Assembly: GCA_900316385.1 (NCBI GenBank)
Contig: ONCP01000004.1
Location: forward strand, 96,195-160,194
Length of the DNA stretch: 64,000 nt
Direction of reading: 5' to 3'
Source of the DNA: an uncultured Eubacteriales bacterium
Lineage (GTDB): Bacteria > Bacillota > Clostridia > Oscillospirales > Acutalibacteraceae
In this document: positions 39,739-49,371 of the stretch, in pieces
How positions within the stretch are numbered: the first letter of the stretch is position 1
Layout: each line of letters begins with the position of its first letter
Program-made: the position numbers and the translations under genes
Notes under the pieces: generated by a model
Database searches by the model: none
Seen by the model: only the letters and a program-made list of their open reading frames with translations
What the model was told of the DNA's origin: nothing

Positions 39739-42700
39739 TTAAATTCCCAGCTTTGCGGAAACCTCGCTCGCTCTGAGCGCGAGAAGCTTAGAAACGCCCT
39801 CGTCCTGCATAGTGACACCGTAGAGAACGTCGGCTTCCTCCATGGTTCCGCGTCGGTGAGTGATGAGTATAAACTGAGTTTTACCTGTCAGGCTTCTGAC
39901 ATACTGAGCGAAGCGGTCAACGTTGACCTCGTCAAGCGCCGCCTCGATCTCGTCCATAACACAGAACGGAGCGGGACGCACCTTCATGATCGCGAAGTAA
40001 AGCGCAATAGCGACAAGCGCTTTCTCTCCGCCCGAGAGAGCGTCAAGATGAACAACGATCTTTCCCGGAGGATGAACGATGATATCGATTCCGCTTGTAA
40101 GGATATCCTCGGGATCGGTAAGCGACAGAGACGCCGTACCGCCGCCGAAAAGCTCCTTGAAGGTAAATGTGAAATTCCTGTTTATCTGTTCAAAAGCGAC
40201 GATAAATTCCTCGCGCATCTGTTTTGTCAGGTCGGTGATAAGACGTTCGATCTCCTTCTTGGATTTTTCCACGTCCTCAACCTGCTTGCTCATAAAGTCG
40301 TAGCGCTCCGAAACCTCTTTATATTCTTCGATTGCTCCGACGTTAACGTTGCCGAGGTTTCTGATCTTTGATTTAAGCTCGTTAAGACGCGAACGCGCCT
40401 CGCTTATGCTTTCAAGCTCAACGGCGTTTTGCTCAGCCTCGTTCTTTGTGAGCTGATATTCCTCCCAAAGCTTGGTGATGATGTTGTCGTATTCCTTTTG
40501 GAGATTGATACGCCTTTCTTCAAGCCTCGCGAGCTCTCTGCCTGCTGTTTCGCGCTCGTTGTTTTTGTCCTTTTCAAGAGCTCTGAGCTCTCCCGAGCGA
40601 ACCTCGAGCTTGCTTTTCTGGTTATTTATACTGTCGATATCCGAGTTCAGCGCTTTGACCTTCGCGTTAAGAGCCTCGATGTCCTTATTAAGCGACACTA
40701 TCCTTTTCTCGGTCTCGGAGATAACAGTATTATAGTTATCGATCTGCGAATAAAGCTCCGCTTTTCTGCTTTCTCTGCCCTCCTCGGAGGAAAGAGCGTA
40801 GGCAATCTCGGAATTAAGACCCTCGATATCCTTTTTTGCGGTTACGATCTCAAGACGCACGTTCTGGAGCTTCTCGCTCATTTCCTCACGCTGAGCGGTG
40901 AGCTTTGAGCGGCTGCCTGTGATATCATTGATAAGCGCCTCATACTCGGAGATCGCGGTGTTTATATCGTTGAGCTCGGTTTGAGCCTTTCTTTCATCAT
41001 TTTTGTACTGGGCGATACGCTCCTTACAGCTTTCTACTACCGCCTCAGCTTCTTCTATATCTGTCCTTTTTGAAGCAAGATCGTTTTCGCACGCCTTAGC
41101 CTCGGTAAGGATACGTACCTGCTCCTGCTTGGCGTTTGACAAATCGGCTCTCGTGCCGAGAATTTCGGCCTCGACATAAGCGTAGTCCGAAGCCGCTTTT
41201 TCGGCAAGCGACGCGGCTTCCCGCGCGTTTTCAAGAAGCTTTTCGGCTTTCTTTTTGTTAGACGCGATCTCTCCCGTACGTGAAAGCAGACCCGATTTTT
41301 TGCCCAGAGAGCCGCCTGTAAGCGAGCCGCCCGCGTTGACTACCTGACCGTCAAGAGTAACGACCTTAAAGCGGTAGCCGTATTTTTTGGCGATATTCGC
41401 GGCGGCATTGAGATCCTCGGCGACAACGATCCTGCCGAGAAGCGACCTCAGGATATTTGAATATTCATCCTTGCAGTTGCATAAAACGGACGCGATGCCT
41501 ATAAAGCCGTAGCAGTCGTCAAGACCGTTCTCTCTGAACTCCTTGGGCTTAATGGTGTTCATCGGGAGGAAGGTCGCGCGGCCGCCGTCGTTCTTTTTAA
41601 GATACGCGATAGCCGCCTTCGCGTCCTGCTCGGTGACGGTTACAATATTCTGCATAGCGGCGCCGAGAGCGATCTCTATGGCGACCGTATATTCGGAAGG
41701 TACTTCAATAATTCTTGAAACGGGACCTCTTATACCCTTTAGCCTGCCTTCCTTTGAAGCGTTCACGACCTTTTTTACGGAATAAGAGAAGCCCTCAAGA
41801 TTGCGCTCCAAATCCTCAAGCAGCTTTACTCTGCGTAAAGCCTGCTGAGCGTCAAGGTTGAGTTCATCCGCCTTAGCTTTCAGCTCGTCGCGCTTTTTTC
41901 TGCGCGAATCAAGCTTGAGCTCCAGACCCTTGAGCGAGTTTGAGAGTGAATCCACCTCGGCGGTTATCGACTCGATCTGTTTTTTATAATTCTCCGACAT
42001 TTCAAGAGCGATATCATATTGCTCCTGACGCGCGGCATTTGTGCTTAAAATATTTTCGATCTGCGACTGAAGCTCTGTAACCGAGGTCACGCTCGTCATC
42101 ATCGTGACCCTCGCGTCGGCGGACTGAGCGGTCAGGGTCGCGAGCTTAGCGCTGAGCTCCTGAAGCTTATCGCCGCTTCGGCTTGAGTCTGTATTTACGA
42201 TGTTGAGCTTGTCCGAGGTCTCGTCGTATATGTCCTGCTTTTGTTCAATAATAGCTTCCAGCTCTTTTATTTTCGCTCGTTTTTCCTCGATGTTGTTTAC
42301 GGCGTCCTCGGCGTCGGAATCGACCTTGCCGATTTCTTCGTTGATCCTGTTGATATTTTCCTTGTTATGTAAGATATCGTTTTCAGCGACGGAAACCGAG
42401 GATTTTTTTGAGCTGATCTCGGCTGTTACATCGTTGATCTCAGCGCGGAGCTTCTCGATCTCCGCGGAAAGCTCGCCGTTTTTGAAATAGATTTCCTCTG
42501 TTTCGCGCTGTATATCGTCGAGATCCTCGTCCGCCTTTGAGTGCTGGAGACGCGATATCTCGATCTTATCCTCTTCTTCCTTGAGCACTCGGTTAGAATT
42601 ATTCAAGGTGTTGACCCAAAGCGCGATCTCAATATCCTTCTTCTCCCCTGAATATTCAAGGAATTTCTCCGCCTTCTTTGACTGGGATTTGAGAGGTCCT

Positions 42701-43305
42701 ACACGCTCCTCGAGCTCTGTAACGATATCTCTGAGCCTGAGAAGATTATCCTCGGTGTGCTTGAGCTTGCGCTCGGACTCGATCTTTTTGTAGCGGTAAC
42801 GGGAAATTCCCGCGGCTTCCTCAAAGATCTCTCGCCTGTCCTCGCTTTTTGACGCGACGATACTGTCGATCTTGCCCTGACCGATCATAGAATAACCGTC
42901 GCGGCCGAGACCCGTGTCCATAAACAGCTCGTTTACATCCTTAAGTCGTACCTGAGCACCGTTTATAAGGTATTCGCTGTCGCCGCTGCGAAAGTATCTT
43001 CTCGTAACGGAAACATCGTCGCCGTCATAAGGCAAAGACCTGTCCTTGTTCTCAATATTCAGCGTAACTTCGGCGTAGCCCTGAGCCTTTCTGCCGTCTG
43101 TGCCGTTAAATACGACGTCCTCCATCTTGGAACAGCGAAGGCTTTTCGGAGACTGCTCGCCGAGAACCCAGCGGATTGCGTCGCTGATGTTACTTTTGCC
43201 TGAACCGTTGGGACCGACGACCGAGGTCATACCTGTGTCAAAGGTTAATTTAGTTTTATCGGGAAATGTCTTAAAGCCCTGAATCTCAAGGGATTTTAAA
43301 AGCAT
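39739..43305 (-). CDS. smc: Chromosome segregation protein SMC
   Basis: GPNGSGKSN, hinge, LSGGEK, DEIEAALD. Confidence 0.97.
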   Translation of the reverse strand: MLLKSLEIQGFKTFPDKTKLTFDTGMTSVVGPNGSGKSNISDAIRWVLGEQSPKSLRCSKMEDVVFNGTDGRKAQGYAEVTLNIENKDRSLPYDGDDVSVTRRYFRSGDSEYLINGAQVRLKDVNELFMDTGLGRDGYSMIGQGKIDSIVASKSEDRREIFEEAAGISRYRYKKIESERKLKHTEDNLLRLRDIVTELEERVGPLKSQSKKAEKFLEYSGEKKDIEIALWVNTLNNSNRVLKEEEDKIEISRLQHSKADEDLDDIQRETEEIYFKNGELSAEIEKLRAEINDVTAEISSKKSSVSVAENDILHNKENINRINEEIGKVDSDAEDAVNNIEEKRAKIKELEAIIEQKQDIYDETSDKLNIVNTDSSRSGDKLQELSAKLATLTAQSADARVTMMTSVTSVTELQSQIENILSTNAARQEQYDIALEMSENYKKQIESITAEVDSLSNSLKGLELKLDSRRKKRDELKAKADELNLDAQQALRRVKLLEDLERNLEGFSYSVKKVVNASKEGRLKGIRGPVSRIIEVPSEYTVAIEIALGAAMQNIVTVTEQDAKAAIAYLKKNDGGRATFLPMNTIKPKEFRENGLDDCYGFIGIASVLCNCKDEYSNILRSLLGRIVVAEDLNAAANIAKKYGYRFKVVTLDGQVVNAGGSLTGGSLGKKSGLLSRTGEIASNKKKAEKLLENAREAASLAEKAASDYAYVEAEILGTRADLSNAKQEQVRILTEAKACENDLASKRTDIEEAEAVVESCKERIAQYKNDERKAQTELNDINTAISEYEALINDITGSRSKLTAQREEMSEKLQNVRLEIVTAKKDIEGLNSEIAYALSSEEGRESRKAELYSQIDNYNTVISETEKRIVSLNKDIEALNAKVKALNSDIDSINNQKSKLEVRSGELRALEKDKNNERETAGRELARLEERRINLQKEYDNIITKLWEEYQLTKNEAEQNAVELESISEARSRLNELKSKIRNLGNVNVGAIEEYKEVSERYDFMSKQVEDVEKSKKEIERLITDLTKQMREEFIVAFEQINRNFTFTFKELFGGGTASLSLTDPEDILTSGIDIIVHPPGKIVVHLDALSGGEKALVAIALYFAIMKVRPAPFCVMDEIEAALDEVNVDRFAQYVRSLTGKTQFILITHRRGTMEEADVLYGVTMQDEGVSKLLALRASEVSAKLGI

Positions 43306-43309
43306 TCGA

Positions 43310-44305
43310 TCACCTGTTATTCTTAATTCTGAGACCGTATTTTGATAACGAACGGTCTTTATCTATTTTGATATTATAACCTCTCTGCTCCAAATCCTTA
43401 ATATTGGCACGTTTCTGTCCTATGAGCTTGGAAACAGAAAATGGATTGACTTCAATAATTATGTTTTTTGAATCGATATTTCGTAGCGCGCGATCAAGCT
43501 TGTCGGCAAAAATCCTGTTTTCGCACAGCTCCCTGAACGCGGGATGATAACCCGAAGCGACCGAGCCCTCGATCAGGCTGTCGCTGTAATGCAGTCCGAC
43601 TCGGATAACGTCGATATGCTCGTTATCAAAAAGCGTCAAAAGTGCGGCGCACAGCTCAACCGACTGTTCCAAAGTGTCGGGTTTGTAAACACCTGAGTTA
43701 TACAGTCGTTCAAGCTCGGTGTTTTTCATAATGACTGTCGGATAGATCCTTACGCAGTCGGGTCTTAGCTTAACAAACTCAAGCGCGGTGTCATAATCGG
43801 CTTCGTGACTTGATTTGTAAAGCCCCGTCATCATCTGAAGCCCGAGTTTGAAGCCGTGGGCTTTGATAAGCCTTGAGGCGTTTCTCACGTCGTCGGAGGA
43901 ATGACCGCGATCATTCGCGCTGAGTACATCGTCATTCATTGACTGAGCGCCGAGCTCAATGGTGGTAATATTATATTTCTTTAACAGAATTAATACTTCA
44001 TCATCGATATAATCGGGTCTTGTGGATATCCTGATACCCTTGAAATGATGAATAAACGGCTTTGTGCTTTCCAGAAGCGAGAGCATATAATCTCGGTCAA
44101 TGGCTGTAAAGCTGCCGCCGAAAAACGCGATCTCAGCGTTGTGAGAATCCGCTTTGAGATCATATACTGCTTTTTGCAGAGTTTGCCGTACATCATTCGG
44201 CGAGGGCTGGCAAGCCTGTCCTGTGATCTCTCTCTGATTACAGAAGGAGCACTGATGAGGACAGCCGTTATGCGGTATAAAAATCGCTATATTACCGTTT
44301 TTAAT
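43310..44305 (-). CDS. Elp3/HemN-like radical SAM protein; apparent ATT start
   Basis: Frame of the 258-aa track ORF extends 73 codons upstream and contains CPHQCSFC and FFGGSFT; no ATG/GTG/TTG lies before the cysteine motif. Confidence 0.85.
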   Translation of the reverse strand: MKNGNIAIFIPHNGCPHQCSFCNQREITGQACQPSPNDVRQTLQKAVYDLKADSHNAEIAFFGGSFTAIDRDYMLSLLESTKPFIHHFKGIRISTRPDYIDDEVLILLKKYNITTIELGAQSMNDDVLSANDRGHSSDDVRNASRLIKAHGFKLGLQMMTGLYKSSHEADYDTALEFVKLRPDCVRIYPTVIMKNTELERLYNSGVYKPDTLEQSVELCAALLTLFDNEHIDVIRVGLHYSDSLIEGSVASGYHPAFRELCENRIFADKLDRALRNIDSKNIIIEVNPFSVSKLIGQKRANIKDLEQRGYNIKIDKDRSLSKYGLRIKNNR

Positions 44306-44978
44306 AGCCCATCAACTCCAAAGCCTCTCTGGCCGCGTTCTGTTCGGCTTCCTTTTTGGTTCTTCCGCCGCCCTTGCCGATCACATTAGAGTTGAGGTGG
44401 ACCTCAAATACAAAATGCTTGTCGTGATCGGGACCGCTCTCGGAAACAAGCTTGTACTCTATCCTCTCGCCCGGATTTTTCTGAATGATCTCCTGGAGAG
44501 TGGTTTTGTAATCCTTGAAGGGCTTTTTGTTTTGATTCTTCAATTCGGGGATCACAAATCTGAGAATATGTTTTTTGGCGGCTTCAAGTCCGCCGTCAAG
44601 ATAGATGGCGGCGATAACAGCCTCAAACGCGTCGGAAACGATCGACGGGCGGTCGGCTCCTCCGCCGTTTTTCTCGCCCTTGCTGAGAAACAGATAGCTT
44701 CCCAGCCCGATCTGTTTTCCGAAATTATACAAAGCTTTTTCGCAAACAAGCGAGGAACGCAGCTTGGTGAGCTCGCCCTCGGGCAGCTTGGGACAATTTT
44801 CAAAAATATATTCCGCTACAACGACGGAAAGAACCGCGTCTCCGAGGAACTCAAGCCGCTCGTTATGTTTGATATGCTTGTCTCGGTGTTCGTTGGCGTA
44901 GGATGAATGGGTCAGAGCCTCGCGCAACAGATTTTTGTTGTTAAATCTATAATCAATAGCTTTTTCAAAATCCTTCAT
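44301..44978 (-). CDS. rnc: Ribonuclease III
   Basis: HNERLEFLGDAVL, DAFEA, dsRBD. Confidence 0.97.
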   Translation of the reverse strand: MKDFEKAIDYRFNNKNLLREALTHSSYANEHRDKHIKHNERLEFLGDAVLSVVVAEYIFENCPKLPEGELTKLRSSLVCEKALYNFGKQIGLGSYLFLSKGEKNGGGADRPSIVSDAFEAVIAAIYLDGGLEAAKKHILRFVIPELKNQNKKPFKDYKTTLQEIIQKNPGERIEYKLVSESGPDHDKHFVFEVHLNSNVIGKGGGRTKKEAEQNAAREALELMGY

Positions 44979-44987
44979 AGCTTAACC

Positions 44988-45980
44988 TTATTTTTTCTTT
45001 ACTGCCTCGGCGATCTGAGAAATAACATCAGCCTCGACATAATCCTTTGTCAGTCTTATGGCGTTCTTAAAGGTTTTTGCCTTTGAACTGCCGTGAGCCT
45101 TGAAAACAGGCTTCGCGGTACCCATAATCGGAGCGCCGCCGTATTCATTATAATCGAACTGGGCAGCCATAGCCTTTAAGTCCTTCATTATCAAAGCCGC
45201 GGCAAGCTTGGTTTTGGCGTTCTTTGAAAAGAGCTCCTTTACCTTTTTGAGCATTGATTTCGCAACGCCCTCGTAGGTTTTGAGCACCAGATTACCAGCG
45301 TAACCGTCGCAAACATAAACGTCGCACGCTCCCGAAGGAAGATCGCGTCCCTCGACGTTGCCGATGAAATTCAGGTCTGATTTTTCAAGAAGCTCATAGG
45401 TCGTTCTTTGAAGCTCTCCGCCCTTGTGTGACTCAGCGCCTACATTGGCGAGAGCGACGCGCGGATTATCTACCTTCATAACCTTTTCCATATAAGCGGA
45501 CGCCATAACTGCGTATTGAACGAGGGTTTCTGGACGTGCCTCAAGATTGGCTCCCGCGTCGATCAGCATAAAACAGCCGCCGTTAAAATGAGGAAGGATC
45601 GGAGCGAAGCCGGGGCGTTTTACGCCCTTCACACGTTTTACTATCAACGTGCCGCCGACGCAGATAGCGCCGCTGTTGCCCGCGCTGACAAGGGCGTCGC
45701 CCTTACCCTCGGACAAAAGTCTCATCGCGACCGCGAGAGAGCTGTCGGGCTTTTTCTTGAGAACGGAGTCGGCGTCCTCGTCGGTAGCGATAACCTCGCT
45801 TGCGTGGACAAGCTCCATTGACGAGATGTCAACGTCGTTTTCCTTCGCGCATTTTTCAATGACCGCCTTATCTCCGACAAGTGTGATATCGACACCGTAC
45901 TCGTTTTTGGCGTCAAGCGAGCCTTTAATGATTTCCAAAGGGGCGTTGTCGCCGCCCATTGCGTCAACAATAATGTTCAT
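44988..45980 (-). CDS. plsX: Phosphate acyltransferase
   Basis: DAMGGDNAP, SAGNSGA, DAGAN, GNVEGRD, KAHGSS. Confidence 0.96.
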   Translation of the reverse strand: MNIIVDAMGGDNAPLEIIKGSLDAKNEYGVDITLVGDKAVIEKCAKENDVDISSMELVHASEVIATDEDADSVLKKKPDSSLAVAMRLLSEGKGDALVSAGNSGAICVGGTLIVKRVKGVKRPGFAPILPHFNGGCFMLIDAGANLEARPETLVQYAVMASAYMEKVMKVDNPRVALANVGAESHKGGELQRTTYELLEKSDLNFIGNVEGRDLPSGACDVYVCDGYAGNLVLKTYEGVAKSMLKKVKELFSKNAKTKLAAALIMKDLKAMAAQFDYNEYGGAPIMGTAKPVFKAHGSSKAKTFKNAIRLTKDYVEADVISQIAEAVKKK

Positions 45981-47287
45981 GATCTCACGCTCTCCAAATA
46001 TTTTTCCAAATCGTTAAGCGAACGGTCGGCGTAAGCCTGTCCGCGTTCCTTTTTATCTCTCGGACGGTTCTCCAGCTCGGGCATAATACCGAAATTCGCG
46101 CCCATGGGCTGAAAGTTTTCAACGCTTTCATCACTTATGTAAGACGAAAGACAGCCTATCATAGTGGTTTGGGGCAAATCAAGAGACGGAGAGCCATTGA
46201 GGCGTCTCGCGGCGTTGATTCCCGCGACGATACCCGAGGAAGCGCTCTCCATATATCCCTCTACTCCCGTTATCTGACCCGCAAAAAAGATCCTGCCGTC
46301 GGATTTCAGGCTGAAATCGCGGTTCAGCACTCTCGGCGAGTCAAGAAAGGTGTTGCGGTGCATCACTCCGTAACGAACAAACTCCGCGTTTTTTAAAGCG
46401 GGGATCAGTCCGAACACACGCTTCTGCTCGGGGAATTTAAGATTTGTCTGAAAACCAACAAGGTTGAATAAGGTGCCCTGAGCGTTCTCCTTGCGAAGCT
46501 GAAGAACAGCCCACGGACGGTGTCCCGTGTTAGGATCTGTAAGACCGACGGGCTTCATAGGACCGAAGCGTATCGTGTCCTTTCCCCTTTGAGCCATAAC
46601 CTCGATAGGCATACAGCCCTCATATACCTTGGGGTCGCGCGCGTCAAACTCGTGAACAGGCGCGCGCTCGGCGTTAACAAGCGCCTCGTAGAACACCTCA
46701 TACTCCGCCTTGTTCATCGGACAGTTAAGATAATCCGTACCGTCGCCCTTGCCGTAACGGGATTCAAAGAAAGCACTGCTCATATCAATGCTTTCAAGAG
46801 TGACGATAGGCGCCGCGGCGTCAAAAAATGACAAGGCGTCGGAAAATCTTGAATAAATAGTCTTGGCAAGATTGTCCGAGGTCAAAGGACCCGTCGCGAC
46901 GACTGTGATACCGTCGGGGTTCTCCGAAACCTCTTTGCTGATCACGGTAATATTACCGTTGTTTTTGATTTCTTCGGTGACATATCTCGCGAAAACATCG
47001 CGGTCAACGGCAAGCGCTCCGCCAGCGGGGACTCTGGCCGTATCGGCAGCCCTCAAAAGCAGAGAATCAAGACGCCGCATTTCCTCCTTCAAAAGACCCG
47101 CGGCAGAGCTTACTCTGTCAGCCTTGAAGGAATTGGAGCATACTAGCTCCGCGAATAAGTCGGATTTATGAGCGGGACTTTTCTTCAGCGGCTTCATCTC
47201 ATAAAGGTTTACTTTTATACCTCGCTTAGCGATCTGATAAGCTGCCTCACAACCCGCGAGACCCGCTCCGATAACGTTAATACACAT
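45977..47287 (-). CDS. trmFO: Folate-dependent tRNA m5U54 methyltransferase
   Basis: GAGLAGCEAA, ELVCSNS, GFQT, RYGVMHRN. Confidence 0.96.
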   Translation of the reverse strand: MCINVIGAGLAGCEAAYQIAKRGIKVNLYEMKPLKKSPAHKSDLFAELVCSNSFKADRVSSAAGLLKEEMRRLDSLLLRAADTARVPAGGALAVDRDVFARYVTEEIKNNGNITVISKEVSENPDGITVVATGPLTSDNLAKTIYSRFSDALSFFDAAAPIVTLESIDMSSAFFESRYGKGDGTDYLNCPMNKAEYEVFYEALVNAERAPVHEFDARDPKVYEGCMPIEVMAQRGKDTIRFGPMKPVGLTDPNTGHRPWAVLQLRKENAQGTLFNLVGFQTNLKFPEQKRVFGLIPALKNAEFVRYGVMHRNTFLDSPRVLNRDFSLKSDGRIFFAGQITGVEGYMESASSGIVAGINAARRLNGSPSLDLPQTTMIGCLSSYISDESVENFQPMGANFGIMPELENRPRDKKERGQAYADRSLNDLEKYLESVRS

Positions 47288-49359
47288 CACTTGACGGCTT
47301 TCTCGTAGCCGCAATCCTTATTGGCGCAGAAAAGCACCTGTTTTTTGCCCTTTTTCTTGAAGAGTATCTCTCCGCATTGCGGACATCTCTCGTCAACGGG
47401 CTCATTCCACGAAACGAAATCGCACTTGGGATAGTTACTGCAGCCGTAGAATATGGTTTTTCTCTTTGTAGTTTTTATAATAACGTCGCCGTCGCCGCAT
47501 TTGGGGCATTTTATGCCGAGCTTTTGAACATACTTTTTGACGTTTTTGCACTCGGGATAACCGGGGCAGGCGATAAATTTACCGAATCTGCCGACCTTGA
47601 TGACCATATTTCTGCCGCAGTTTTCGCAGATGATATCGGTTTTATCCTCTTCAAGCTGGATCTTGACGCCGTCCATATCGGTTTTGGCTTTGGCGAGGGT
47701 TTTCTCGAAATCCTTATAGAAATCATCGATGAGCGCTCTCCACTCGACCTCGCCGTGCTCTACCGTGTCAAGATTCTGCTCCATCTGTGCGGTGAATTTG
47801 AGGTTGACTATCTTCGGGAAGCGTTCCTTCATCAGCTTGACCATCGCCTCGCCGAGCTCTGTCGGGATGAGGGTCTTGCTTTCGCGCTTGACGTACTCGC
47901 GGCCCGTGATGGTCGAGATCGTAGCGGCGTAGGTGGAAGGTCTGCCGATACCGTTTTCCTCAAGCGTCTTGATAAGCGAAGCCTCGGTGTATCTCGGCGG
48001 AGCCTGAGTAAAGTGCTGATTCGGCACAATCTCCTTTTTACGAACGATCATATCCTTCTCAAGAGGCGGAAGCTCTAGGGATTTTTCCTCGGCTGTGTCC
48101 TTGCTCTCGGTGTAAATCATAGTAAAGCCGTCAAAGTCTACGGTATAGCCCGAAGCCTTGAAAACATAACCGTTGCCTTCGATATCGGCTCTGCTTGTTT
48201 TCTGAACACAGTCTGACATCTGGGAAGCCACAAAGCGCTTCCATATCAGGTTGTAGAGCTTATACTGATCCGTAGTAAGGTTGTGCTTGATCTTGTCTGG
48301 ATCCAAAGACGGCATTGTGGGTCTGATAGCCTCGTGACCGTCCTGAGCGTTTGAACGCGACTTAAAGAATCTGGGCTTCGGCGGAAGATATTTGTCGCCG
48401 AAATGATCGAAAATATATGAAGTGACCTCTTCGATCGCCTGATTTGATATTCTGAGAGAGTCAGTACGCATATAGGTAATAAGACCCGTAGCGCCGAGCT
48501 CGTCGATCTCTACGCCCTCGTAAAGCTCCTGAGCGACCTTCATTGTGCGTCTGGACTGGAAGCCGAGCTTCCTCGAAGCCTCCTGCTGGAGCGTTGAGGT
48601 GATAAAGGGAGGCGCGGGAGATTTCTTTCTTGTGCCGTGCTTTACGCTTGTTACCTTATATTCTGCGTTTTCAAGGTCGGAAAGTATCTTCTCCGCCTCT
48701 TCCTGAGTGCTGATTTTGTCCTTGCCTAGGTAAAGCGTCGCGGGAAAAGCCTTTCTGGAGCCCTTGGGGATGAATTTCGCGTCGATCGACCAGTATTCCT
48801 CGGGCTTAAATGCGCGTATCTCCTCTTCCCTGTCAACGATGATCCTTACGGCAACGGACTGAACGCGTCCCGCGGACATTCCGCGTCTGATTTTTTGAGA
48901 CACAAAGGGACTGAGCTTGTAGCCCACAAGGCGGTCGAGAACACGTCTTGCCTGCTGAGCGTTGACAAGATTGAGGTTGATGCTTCTCGGGGAGTTCATT
49001 CCGTTATTAACGCCCGTTTTGGTGATCTCATTGAACTCGACCCTGTTGCAATCGTTAAGATCAAGACCGAGAATATAGGCTAAATGCCATGAAATAGCCT
49101 CACCCTCACGGTCGGGGTCAGTTGCGAGAAAGATCTTATCGGAGCCTTCCGCCTGTTTTTTGATATCCTTAACAAGCTGCTCCTTGCCCTTGATGATAGT
49201 ATAATTAGGCTCATAATTGTTCTTGATGTCAACGCTGAGTCTGGCGTTCGGAAGGTCGCGAACATGACCCATAGAAGCAATTACGTCATAATCCTTACCT
49301 AAGTATTTTTTGATTGTTTTAGCCTTTGCAGGCGACTCCACAATTACTAAGTTAGACAT
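47287..49359 (-). CDS. topA: DNA topoisomerase I
   Basis: IVESPAK, DPDREGE, ITYMRTDS, C-terminal zinc ribbons. Confidence 0.97.
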   Translation of the reverse strand: MSNLVIVESPAKAKTIKKYLGKDYDVIASMGHVRDLPNARLSVDIKNNYEPNYTIIKGKEQLVKDIKKQAEGSDKIFLATDPDREGEAISWHLAYILGLDLNDCNRVEFNEITKTGVNNGMNSPRSINLNLVNAQQARRVLDRLVGYKLSPFVSQKIRRGMSAGRVQSVAVRIIVDREEEIRAFKPEEYWSIDAKFIPKGSRKAFPATLYLGKDKISTQEEAEKILSDLENAEYKVTSVKHGTRKKSPAPPFITSTLQQEASRKLGFQSRRTMKVAQELYEGVEIDELGATGLITYMRTDSLRISNQAIEEVTSYIFDHFGDKYLPPKPRFFKSRSNAQDGHEAIRPTMPSLDPDKIKHNLTTDQYKLYNLIWKRFVASQMSDCVQKTSRADIEGNGYVFKASGYTVDFDGFTMIYTESKDTAEEKSLELPPLEKDMIVRKKEIVPNQHFTQAPPRYTEASLIKTLEENGIGRPSTYAATISTITGREYVKRESKTLIPTELGEAMVKLMKERFPKIVNLKFTAQMEQNLDTVEHGEVEWRALIDDFYKDFEKTLAKAKTDMDGVKIQLEEDKTDIICENCGRNMVIKVGRFGKFIACPGYPECKNVKKYVQKLGIKCPKCGDGDVIIKTTKRKTIFYGCSNYPKCDFVSWNEPVDERCPQCGEILFKKKGKKQVLFCANKDCGYEKAVK

Positions 49360-49371
49360 GTTTCCTCCAAT

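Noticed and set aside
44045-44389. Plus-strand 114-aa ORF apparently filling the rnc to radical SAM gap; also a possible frameshift there
   Set aside because: The gap is the in-frame N-terminus of the radical SAM gene on the minus strand; no frameshift is needed.
44979-44987. No acpP between plsX and rnc
   Set aside because: Gene-order variation only; acpP may lie elsewhere in the genome.
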